A stretch of DNA of 63,788 bases, the filler included, from Lenisia limosa (Eukaryota > Protista > Breviatea): the NCBI GenBank assembly GCA_001655205.1. It is 16 parts of 16 records of this genome, joined end to end, with 100 filler letters (N's around TTAATTAATTAA, not from the genome) between each part and the next. Parts side by side here need not be neighbours in the genome. Positions count along the whole stretch, not along the records: positions 52,163 to 60,344 come from LPNZ01005664.1; positions 60,445 to 62,077 come from LPNZ01004292.1; positions 62,178 to 63,788 come from LPNZ01003268.1; 13 more parts are not named here. One strand, given 5' to 3'. Each line of letters begins with the position of its first letter. The stretch's first letter is position 1. The notes under the pieces are model-generated. The model was not told the DNA's origin. It did not search any database and saw only the letters and a list, made by a program, of their open reading frames with translations. This document shows positions 53,800 to 63,788 of this stretch, one piece after another. Position numbers and translations under genes: made by a program.

Positions 53800-55850
53800 C
53801 GAGCCGGAAGGAGCCAGGTCGGGGAACCAGAATTCAACGATTAAAAATATAACGAAGACTCCACCCTAATANNNNNNNNNNNNNNNNNNNNNNNNNNNNN
53901 NNNNNNNNNNNNNNNNNNNNNNNNNNNNNNNNNNNGACCGGTGTGCTCTGAGAAGCAGCATGTTCTGGCCGAAGTCGTCCACACCATCCAAACACATAAT
54001 AATTTGATAATGATAAATACATAACTGGCATCAAGACACAAACAGAAACTACACGGTCTTATACACCACATTTTCGGTATATGTTCCATTCTTGACTCGG
54101 AAGGATATCATCCACTGGCCACGACTATTGGAACTGGAGAAGACGTACTGTTCCTCATAGAGATTGGAAAGGGACTACATAATCCGTTATGGTTTTATGT
54201 TTTGATGATCTTGATAATAATAACATAAAGGGGGCAGGATGGAATAGCAAAAATGACTAAAGTAACAAAGCAATGAATAATAAATGGTAAATGACAAGGG
54301 GTCTTCTCTCATGGTAATACTGAACGCTATATCAAGAGGCGAATTTCTACACAGTGATATGGTCACTCTGATACACTCAGGATAAGCCCTGGTGTTATCT
54401 TCGTTCATCACTTCGACTCGAAAGTCAATCATATGATCATTTCACTCGTGGATTTTGTTCAACATATAGTAAACATATTTCTGCAGAGTTGGAAGCGGCC
54501 CCGGGTCCCACCGAAATTTCAATTGGGCTTTGAGCCATTTTCATCGGCATGGTAGGCCCTGCGGAGCCGTGGGCGAGGTCAAAATCGAAGACATATGGCC
54601 GACCGGTTGGGGTGTTGTCGCTGGTGACTGCCAGGTAGTTGCCTAATGCGGCAATGAGGGAAATTTTGGTTTTGACGTACAAAATATAGGGCAGAGGATT
54701 CGTTGGGAAGAGATCTACATAAACTCGTATTGTTTATCGCAGATTATCAATTAGGGAATTATATCATGGTAGTATAAGAGGTGAGGTGTACTATTCCCTC
54801 GCACCGAAAATATCGTTATTGCAGATGTTCCTATTGGGCTTCTCAACGGTATCGGCAGGACGATCGAAAAGTGAGGTGACCTTTTCGAAGCTTTGGCCAA
54901 AGTTGCGGGTGAACAGCATCTGAAATCGGAGGAGATCATGTTTTTGTGCAAAAAANNNNNNNNNNNNNNNNNNNNNNNNNNNNNNNNNNNNNNNNNNNNN
55001 NNNNNNNNNNNNNNNNNNCATAATAACAGTGACCACTATGTCATGAACATTTTTCTGAAGGAAAATATCCCATCACATGGTTTTAATGATACAATATTAT
55101 ATTATATCAATCAACCATTTATTGACAAATTAATGAAAATTTATTGAGAATGTATTGGGAATTTAATGAGAAATTCAGCCAAGACTGAGACCATATCTAT
55201 ATGATACAGCCCAATGTTTGCTCACTTCAGATTTGTACTCGACAGTACCATTCTGGGCGTTGTAGCTCACAAGCATGTTGTTGCCGAATATGCGAAGATA
55301 CGGTGTCGTGTCTTTCCTGTAGCATAACGGTAAGATATGATTTAGACTCCCAGAATCAAACAGTGATTGTAAAAAAAAAACTCCATTACAGACACTTTGT
55401 TAAATTTTCCAAAGTAATAATTGCACGTTGCCACTCACCATCCTTCTGTGGTTGGGAATACCTTTGAGGAACTCCATGTAGCTCCATCTGAAAGTAAGAA
55501 ACAGCAATATATAATAATTATGAATAATTATACAGAGTATGCTTTCATATTATAAAGCTAAACTAGCACGTTTATCAGAGATAATATCTGAAAAGAATAT
55601 AAAATCTACAGTATCATATACATACTTCACTTAGGTTACAAAAATACAGGCAAAATATCGATAGTTTTCGGGGATTTATCGAGTGATTCAGACATTTTTC
55701 GAACCGAAGTGAAGACCTAATCATACACTATTTATAATGACGTTTGATACGAGACATAATTCTCCAACTTACGGTCGAACGAAAACGAGTAAGGCAAGTC
55801 ACCAATAGTGTCCAGGGAGGCTGCATACATGTGTCCGGAGCCCTATAGGA
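53800..55850 (-). CDS. Hypothetical beta-propeller-like protein with Asp-box/BNR-like motifs, multi-exon
   Basis: Candidate exons DGATWSSSKVFPTTEG, LFTRNFGQSFEKV, LIAALGNYLAVTSDNTPTGRPYVFDF, SLSNLYEEQYVFSSSNSRGQWMISF. Confidence 0.35.
55621..55719. mobile_element. hAT-like MITE (family A)
   Basis: Flanks ATCATATA/ATCATACA (7/8). Confidence 0.7.
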
Positions 55851-57792
55851 TAAATTCAATTAACATGAACGAGTAAGATGAAGGATTCAGGAAATTATAC
55901 AAGAAAAATAAAAATCTTCATCTATTTCGACTAGTCAAAATAAAAAATACCACTTTTATCACTTTTGTTTTTGCCTACAAACGCTCAAAATTACGACAGC
56001 GTTTCTAGATGAGTGATTATTTGTATATCAGCCACAAACCACGATGAAGCCTTTACCGATAGCAACGTTTCCGCCGTATCCCGTTCCATCCTGAAAGGTG
56101 AGTATCTGTTCCGTGAAGTCCAAAATGGTAAATATTTGTTAGGTTCTCATGTAGTATATACATATATATATGTATCGATATATCGATATATATTATATTA
56201 TCATATCTAGAGAAAGAGAGAGAGAAGAAGAAAGAATGGAAAGCGTGATATGCGACCAACCAACTTGTGAGAAAATAGAAAAACCCCACAAACAATATCC
56301 TCCCCGTAAATCACGGGGTACTCCCACGTTAGCCCGTCGTCAAGACTCTTCATGCACCCCGACTTGGACCTGGTGGTGCGGTCGGTGCTGAATTAATTAT
56401 ATATCTACAGCGTGGAAATATAGTTTTTATGATATTAACTCACACAATATAATTCTATATCCAACTAATAATACACTGTTCTCTTTTGAACATCCTCAAT
56501 TAGGCAAAAAAGTTGAAAAAAAGTGAAGTATAATGTAATATCATTTCTATTTTGTAATATATAATACATATAATCAATTTTGAAAATTCATGGTCAGAGA
56601 TCCTGCTTCAACACACCCAAAGGAACAACCACAAATTGCCTACAGTTTCTCGAAATAACCTGGGAGGTAAGTGATGCCATTTTCCTCATCGTAGACCGGG
56701 CATTGGACAGCAAGGAATGCGGTAGGAAGCTATGGGTATGAATTAGTAGACAATGGTATAAACATGGCAAGAGAAGTATCTTGTTCTAAAATACCAGAAG
56801 AAACTCAAATATTTGGAACGTCCATACCATCACGCTTATAAGAGATATTGGATTATGCGCCCATTTTGCCTTAGAACTCTGTAAACAGAGCTTTCTGTTT
56901 GGCTCCCCAGCCTGTTCATTCAAACAATCATTCGCCTAATAAGAGAAACGGACCACATCAGTCTTGACTGGATGACAAAAGATGAAGCTCAGTACCCGTA
57001 TCAAGACTTGTCGCGGTCATAATACGTCAAATGTTGACCGCCCAGCCCCTTCACATGCCCACTTGGGTTACGGTTGGGCTTCCAAACGACACTCCGTCAG
57101 TGGACCGGTATGTGATAAAGATGTGCTCATAGTAGCAAGACCTAGAAATGATGAAAAAATAAATAGTGAACGCCTTTCAAGGAATCACATAATCCGCATA
57201 TTGGGTACTTTTTAAAAACTTCGTTAACGCAAAAGTCAGAAGAAAAAATTCCATGCAATTATATGGAAATCTGAACTCCATGGGAATCCCAAGTAGTGAA
57301 TGTTTCAAAAAAAAGTCAGAAAAAAAGGTCAATCTCCATACTTACATTGTAACCAAAATTCCGCTCTTAGTTTCAGCAACATATGGATCGTAAATCTTTG
57401 TGCAATCTAATGGGTAAAAAGAAGTTATGATAGCAGTACGGATATCACCATAAAGTTAACAAAATGAAGTTAATCAAGTCTTTTTACTTCATTGACTGCG
57501 ATAAGTCATGACACGTTTGACTAAAGAAAAAGCTCAAGTTCAGTGTATTTAAAAGGAAGCAGATACCATTATCAAATTAAAAGCCCCTCACTTTCATGCG
57601 AGACCAGCGCATGGCTCTCCCAAGAGTCACCACCGTCACGTGAAAGCCGAAGTTGGAAACTCAAGTCATTGTCTATCAGCCCTGTGGTCCTGGGGGGGGG
57701 GGNNNNNNNNNNNNNNNNNNNNNNNNNNNNNNNNNNNNNNNNNNNNNNNNNNNNNNNNNNNNNNNNNNNNNNNNNNNNNNNNACATAGGAAT

Positions 57793-57893
57793 TAGGGCCT
57801 CTCTTCGGTTCGAAAAAAGACTGGTAAAATATCGACAGTTTTCGAGAATTTATTGAGAAATTCAGTCTTTTTTCGAACCGAAGTGAAGCCCTA
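57793..57893. mobile_element. hAT-like MITE (family A), best-preserved copy, 101 bp
   Basis: TAGGGCCTCTCTTCGGTTCGAAAAAAGACT ... AGTCTTTTTTCGAACCGAAGTGAAGCCCTA with perfect 8-bp TSD ATAGGAAT (57785-92 / 57894-901). Confidence 0.9.
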
Positions 57894-58199
57894 ATAGGAA
57901 TACCCTTAAGACAAATTACATTACTTCGGCGCCCACNNNNNNNNNNNNNNNNNNNNNNNNNNNNNNNNNNNNNNNNNNNNNNNNNNNNNNNNNNNNNNNN
58001 NNNNNNNNNNNNNNNNNNNNNNNNNNNNNNNNNNNNNNNNNNNNNNNNNNNNNNNNNNNNNNNNNNNNNNNNNNNNNNNNNNNNNNNNNNNNNNNNNNNN
58101 NNNNNNNNNNNNNNNNNNNNNNNNNNNNNNNCAGTGTTATCAGCAAAAAAGTGTTTTTTTTTATTATTATTTTCCTTATCTAGTGTAACCCCACAACTA

Positions 58200-58699
58200 T
58201 TTCACTCTCACACCCCCTGAACACCCACCAAATGTCCCTATTAGGAAGGTACTGCATGTGGGTATTTGAATATTTGTGGCCAAATTGCACTGATGCTTCT
58301 GGTACATATACCCATTCTTTGCCTGCAATGGTGAGTGACTAGAGTTCGTAAGGTGTATCTAATATGGTAGGTGACAGAAGCTCTTTTACCCATCATCTAA
58401 AAGGCTTTGAAAAAAAAAGTTCTAGTTATACCCCCCATCATAGATACAAAAACAATAATAACCCCTAAAAGCCTCGAATTGTTTACTTCCAGATTGTAAT
58501 CAAAGTCATAGTTCAACCCAATCAACCAACTTGCAGGAGACGCGTTTTGGAACTCTGAGGGGTCCTGCAGGCTGGAAAAGGCTTTGAACTTGTTGGATTC
58601 TAAGAAACCAGCAACGTTTTCGGCGTTTTGTGTGATCAGTGCCCCGATTTGTAGCAGAAGAGATAGACCTAGGATGATGTGGATCGCAAAGTACCGCAT
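58200..58699 (-). CDS. Secreted hypothetical protein, 5' exons
   Basis: Signal peptide MRYFAIHIILGLSLLLQIGA; next exon AKEWVYVPEASVQFGHKYSNTHMQYLPNRDIWW. Confidence 0.55.
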
Positions 58700-60036
58700 T
58701 GTGGTAATGTTGTGTCTACTAGTTTCTCCGTTTGTCGTCTTGATATGGATGTAAATATACTCTGTTAACACAATAAGATATGAATGTGGCTTGGAATGTG
58801 GCGAAGTGTGCACTCTGGGCCCCCCAAAATCTCCCCTTGTTTGACACACTGGGAGAGTCGCTCGGAGCCCCTGGAGGGTACATGGTGGCGAGTGCGAACA
58901 GTTCTTATACTCGATACTGTAGTGTTAATATGGTCCTCTCTTTTCACGACGAAACCAGACGAAACGAGCCAACAAACCTTTAAGATTGATAGAGAAAGGG
59001 AGAAAGGTATTCACACAGGTAAAAGAACTTAGTTTGGGATCACCTTGCAATTCACCTAATTCATTACGCTTTCTGCCGCTGTTCTTGAGACTATGGAGGC
59101 AATTCGCCCATGTAAGAAACAAATTCAATGATGAATGTCACAATAGGCTTCTTTTTTACAATATTATGTCAAATGCCAAACGCTCACCAGCGTTGCAGAG
59201 GAAGAAAATGATATATCATCGATCGTACTAGCCAAAAAAAAATATCACTTTTACGCATTTGTAGTCTTATCAACTCTCCGTGCCCCTCCTGAAGATTTGA
59301 AGCACTCAGGAATCAGGGTATGGGAATTGGTCCGTATTAAGAATGTACCTGCACATAAATCGTTTGTCTCCCATACGTATTTCCCTTGAGATCGTCTTCG
59401 GACAAGTTGTATCGTTAAATGACGCTGTTATGTAGTTCAGTGTTGTTATTCACATATGGATCATGCCCATCATGTTACCCAACAGCGTTCCATTTCTGTG
59501 TGTGTTTGATCAATGCCCAAACGCATAATGCTTTCATGGCTTCTATTATTCTATTCTTCACGAAATTTCCTTTGATTCTACCTCAATATCACCCCACCAC
59601 CTTAGGGTTTATTTCTTTTCTTTTTTTACTGAAATAACTCTCTTTAGAACATGAAAATACATGCAATCGGGCTTGTGTACCGATAATTAATCCTAGCGAC
59701 CCTTAGCTCCAAAAACACCCCACGATATCATAAATACAAAACCCGCAGATAGAGCATTTTTGTGACCAATCTCGCATATTCCTATAATATTATTTCTATA
59801 TTTTTTCAAAAAGAAATAATATAATCAAAAATAAAGGGAACAGTTACATCAAAACACATAACCATAATTCCATGCTCCTTGCCCCCCCCCCCCNNNNNNN
59901 NNNNNNNNNNNNNNNNNNNNNNNNNNNNNNNNNNNNNNNNNNNNNNNNNNNNNNNNNNNNNNNNNNNNNNNNNNNNNTTCAAAATTCACGATAATCAGAC
60001 AGGCTTTTTTTACGAGAAATCACGCTAACAATACAG

Positions 60037-60157
60037 GTCTTTGTGACGAAGATGCTCTACGCCAACACGAAGGAGGAGCTCGAGGCTGTTGCCCAGCATT
60101 ACGGCACCACCAGAGAAGTCCATCTAATGACCGATAGAGTCACTGGAAATTCTAAAG
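60037..60157 (+). CDS. RRM (RNA recognition motif) exon, partial gene
   Basis: VFVTKMLYANTKEELEAVAQHYGTTREVHLMTDRVTGNSK(G): RNP2 and start of RNP1, with AG/GT boundaries. Confidence 0.8.
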
Positions 60158-60285
60158 GTTTCTGGGGGTTCAATTGCAATTTCTCTTTAATCAAAGGAAA
60201 GCCTATTTTTTTTTTTTTTTGCTTTTGTTTAAAAAATCTTTTATTTTTCCTCCCCCACCCCAATTCTCATTCATAAAATCCCCAT

Positions 60286-60345
60286 TCTTACGCTGGAGTG
60301 GTGGGATGCGGTGGTGAAGAACTGGCCCGGGCTTTGTTTGGAGTN
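60286..60345 (+). repeat. Family B 5' end in RRM-gene intron (sense)
   Basis: CGCTGGAGTGGTGGGATGCGGTG..ACTGGCCCGGGCTTTGTTTG. Confidence 0.75.
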
Positions 60346-60599
60346 NNNNNNNNNNNNNNNNNNNNNNNNNNNNNNNNNNNNNNNNNNNTTAATTAATTAA
60401 NNNNNNNNNNNNNNNNNNNNNNNNNNNNNNNNNNNNNNNNNNNNGGGGGATGTATATAATATATACAGTACATATGAAACGCATGATATATTATAATATG
60501 TTACATATGAAAATTTTTATTTTCTCTAATACACTTCTACAATATGATATGTATAAGTAAACAACCTTGATTTATTTCCCATGGCTATATGATATATCG

Positions 60600-61756
60600 A
60601 TATATATTACACTCCGAGGTCTTATTCTGGTTTAGAGGCCTGTTTAGGGGGAGGGGGAGTAAAATTGGAAAATTTATGAAAAACCACACAACGGTTGATA
60701 ACAACAAACCAAACAAAGCCCAAGCCAGTCGCTTCTGCAGCACCGCATCCCATNNNNNNNNNNNNNNNNNNNNNNNNNNNNNNNNNNNNNNNNNNNNNNN
60801 NNNNNNNNNNNNNNNNNNNNNNNNNNNNNNNNNNNNNNNNNNNNNNNNAGCGATAATAATTTAACAGGTTTCAGTGTCCCATTTCTCACCTTCATGGCTT
60901 GATGTAATTGACCATTCAACAGCAGGAAAAGTGGAGAGACTCTTGGCTTCGTTCTATAGGTTAAATAGGAGATATAAAAGGGATGTTAAAGACGTTCTAC
61001 GGGAGTAATTATCACCTTGTTCCTTTCTTATTTTCTCTGAGGGAATGAATTGATTTTGACTTTCAAAATCAAGCGGTTTGGTCATTTTTTTTGCTTGTTT
61101 TGAGCAGAAATCCCGTATTATTTGTCTTCCTTCAACTAATTGATACTTTTAAATTCTTGTTCTCAAAAGAAGGAAAGAGGGGTTTTAAGAGTGGAAATAG
61201 GGGTGGAAATGGGATGAAATAAGAGCTTCGGCAATGTGGTAAATAGAGGATATTGACAACAAAAGAAAGGTTCACATGCACCCTACTTACAGTTTCGACA
61301 GTGAAGATGGCGAAAGCGTACTCGGTTTCCTCCATTAACTGAGTAGGTAAATCACGCATGAGTGTCTGTCATACCCTCACTCTGTTTTTGACAAGGTTGT
61401 ATCTGGCCGAAGTCATCCACACCATCACGCTTATGATAACCCCCCAAACAGTGTGGTTGGAAGCAGGAAGAAGATCAACGGTGGAGGCATAGAGACCAGT
61501 AGAGGGGGTTCCGAAAGAACCGGTAAGGACCGGAGTGAAGCCGGTGAAGCCTGGAACGTTGAGAGGAATTCCGAGTGAAATTGTAAGCAAAAAGATAAGT
61601 AAAATGTAGCATAGTGTAGTAATTCAGTAATAGCATGGGGGGAGAGAAATTTCATAGTAAAAATAAGAGGATATTTGCTTTACGCTGCAGCCACTTTTCT
61701 TGTACCGACCTTGAGATTGGGTAATTCGAATAGAGGTGACGTCAATACGAATTGTG
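60600..61756 (-). CDS. Hypothetical protein, multi-exon, partial
   Basis: Exons TIRIDVTSIRITQSQ, GIPLNVPGFTGFTPVLTGSFGTPSTGLYASTVDLLPASNHTVW, DLPTQLMEETEYAFAIFTVET, NEAKSLSTFPAVEWSITSSHE. Confidence 0.5.
60640..60753 (-). repeat. Family B repeat ending at a probable acceptor
   Basis: Reverse complement reads ATGGGATGCGGTGCTGCAGAAGCGACTGGCTTGGGC..AAATTTTCCAATTTTACTCCCCCTCCCCTAAACAG. Confidence 0.85.
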
Positions 61757-61925
61757 CTGCGAGGAGGAGGGGTAAGAATCAAACTGTTTTGAAACAAAAC
61801 AGCCCAAAATCAACTCTGTTGTCAAGAGCACAAGAGGAAAACACGCCCAGGCTTGGCCCAGGCCCGTCATCACTTATAATAGAAATTTATGAGAAAACAA
61901 AATCCACTCTTTGGCTAAATAGTTG
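61757..61925 (-). repeat. Family B repeat(s) ending at an acceptor
   Basis: Reverse complement reads ..AGAGTTGATTTTGGGCTGTTTTGTTTC..TCTTACCCCTCCTCCTCGCAG|CACAATTCG. Confidence 0.8.
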
Positions 61926-61963
61926 AACTTAAAAGACAAAAGTGGGGGGAAAAAACAAAAAAA

Positions 61964-62043
61964 TTCCTCATACCGGGAATCGAACCAGGCGGCGGTGCCC
62001 TTCGAATCGCAATCCAGAGACACGGCGTCCTGCTGCATAGGAA
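61964..62043 (-). tRNA. tRNA-like sequence (intact T-arm/B-box, defective acceptor and D region; possibly a pseudogene)
   Basis: GGTTCGATTCC B-box, 3' TATGAGGA followed at once by T7 (Pol III terminator-like), anticodon-like stem GTGTCT/GGGCAC with an oversized loop; D-region too short. Confidence 0.35.
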
Positions 62044-62255
62044 CGTCAAAAACAATGTCCACGTGGCCACCATCGGTNNNNNNNNNNNNNNNNNNNNNNN
62101 NNNNNNNNNNNNNNNNNNNNNTTAATTAATTAANNNNNNNNNNNNNNNNNNNNNNNNNNNNNNNNNNNNNNNNNNNNCTTCTGAGTGCGGCTGTAGCTCA
62201 GGCGGCCTATCGTAACGTCCTACCCAATTCCGAGTTACCGTAAGGAGGGTATGAT

Positions 62256-62340
62256 TAAGGCTTCACTCCGGTTCGAAAAAGACCTTAAAATATCGATAGT
62301 TTTCGGAGATTTGTCGGAAAATTAAGTCTTGTTTCGAACC
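62256..62340. mobile_element. hAT-like MITE (family A), right end truncated
   Basis: TAAGGCTTCACTCCGGTTCGAAAAAGACC..GTTTCGAACC. Confidence 0.7.
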
Positions 62341-62437
62341 CTCCCCCAGGCATGACCAAACTGACGGAGATGACGGGTCTGAACTCGAGCCTCTCACAAG
62401 CCAACTCACACAGCCAACTTCACAGAAAGCTCAGGAG

Positions 62438-62625
62438 GTATGCTATAAGATGATTGGGTGAATTAATAATACTATAATCCAATATCTCTTATAAGCATGA
62501 TGGTGTGGACTCATAGAAAGCTGAGTACACCGAGTTGTAAGGCAAATGATTGGTTGAATTAAAATTATTCTATTGTACAATATTATCTCTTATCAGCACG
62601 ATGGTATGGACGGCTTCGGCCAGGT
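62438..62625 (+). repeat. Family C tandem copies beginning at a probable GT donor
   Basis: ..CAGGAG|GTATGCTATAAGATGATTGGGTGAATTAA..CCAATATCTCTTATAAGCATGATGGTGTGGAC..GACGGCTTCGGCCAGGTAC. Confidence 0.8.
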
Positions 62626-62886
62626 ACAACCTGATATATAAATGTTATGTACATGTGTGAGTATTAAAATATGTGATGATAAAGGAGATAAGCCTATCAG
62701 GTCTTTCAGTTCTTTGCTTTCCTCTCTTCTCTTTATTCTTCTTTGACCCTATTTCAGCCCCTTTCAAAGCCTACTTCGCCATTCGAAACTTATGATGACG
62801 TTGCAACCGTAAGCTATGGGCACAAGATCAATATTTATGGTGCTGACGGTTTCGGCCAGATTCAGACGTGTTTTTCATGATACATA

Positions 62887-62967
62887 CTGTGACCGGGATA
62901 AGTGTTGACCGATTTGATTTGCTATGCGATTTCCCCAGGAAATTGGTCAAGACTTATCCGGTCACTG
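62887..62967. mobile_element. Tc1/mariner-like MITE (family D), 81 bp
   Basis: TA|CTGTGACCGGGATAAG..CTTATCCGGTCACTG|TA. Confidence 0.7.
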
Positions 62968-63224
62968 TATGTAACGGTTGAGTTAACATGATTGTGGGAA
63001 TGGCTTCGGCCTAATACTAGAATCCTTAACTCTTATAAAACGGCTTCGGTTTGAATCCCGCCCCCCACCATTTCTCAAACCATATAGTTCTGTCACAACG
63101 CACTCAAGAAATTCCCCCAAACGATTGTGGCAAAATCAAAGAGCCCCATATGGGAGTTATGGAGCGCTAAAGACGCCTATGTTAAGGCATGTTTGAATGA
63201 CTGTGGGAAGGGGCCATAGTGTAA

Positions 63225-63339
63225 AACAGAGTTGTTTTTTTGTTTGTTGTTTCCAACTCCTGTGTGTTACTACTCAAAGAGTTGATTTTGGGCTTTTTGT
63301 GATTCCTAAATTTTCCGATTTACCCCCCCCCCCTACCAG
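63225..63339 (+). repeat. Family B repeat ending in C-run + AG
   Basis: ..AGAGTTGATTTTGGGCTTTTTGTG..AAATTTTCCGATTTACCCCCCCCCCCTACCAG. Confidence 0.8.
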
Positions 63340-63788
63340 GCTNNNNNNNNNNNNNNNNNNNNNNNNNNNNNNNNNNNNNNNNNNNNNNNNNNNNNNNNNN
63401 NNNNNNNNNNNNNNNNNNNNNNNNNNNNNNNNNNNNNNNNNNNNNNNNNNNNNNNNNNNNNNNNNNAGAGATTGGTAATTAATCATGCTGTGGCCTGTAA
63501 TGTAGCAAAACTCTCAGGTCCTCTTTTTGAAAGCTTGGAAATACTTATGGGATCAAAGAAAATTACATGGGCTCGTATAAACACAAATGGTACAGCATCA
63601 ATCTTATATACTCTACATATTATATCATATGTCCAATACTATTCACATATTTGCTTGGATAAAAAAACACGCTTAAGCTTCTTGAATATATATATATACA
63701 TATAGTATACTATATATATATATCTTCCCAGTACATACGCTGAGCTTCACAGATAATTAATATACTAATGTAAAAACACACATATATC

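Overview
Intron-rich unicellular-eukaryote (protist-type) draft sequence, standard genetic code, with mostly short (35-80 nt) GT-AG introns; the organism cannot be named from sequence alone. The window is not one locus. It is about 16 small scaffolds concatenated with an artificial N..TTAATTAATTAA..N linker (15 occurrences), so gene order across linkers is meaningless. Recognisable spliced genes: an AFG3/paraplegin-type FtsH m-AAA protease (partial), a divergent zeta-COP-like longin protein, a YeeE/YedE sulfur-transporter-family gene, NADP-isocitrate dehydrogenase (complete), CCT4 (3'-truncated), an RCC1-repeat protein, an atypical homeobox gene (W48Y), ZIP4/SPO22/TEX11 (complete) and an RRM exon, plus several hypotheticals. 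The longer introns are filled with short dispersed repeats. One is a ~100-bp palindromic hAT-type MITE with 8-bp TSDs (~20 copies); there is also an 81-bp TA-flanked Tc1-like MITE and other fold-back elements. The most interesting signal is a set of non-palindromic repeats (called B, C and F here) that lie almost always on the host gene's sense strand. B ends at the branch point/3' splice site of more than 10 unrelated introns, and C begins exactly at a GT donor in two introns. This suggests an introner-like or splice-site-donating mobile element family. Exon structures were read by eye, and no database or alignment searches were run.
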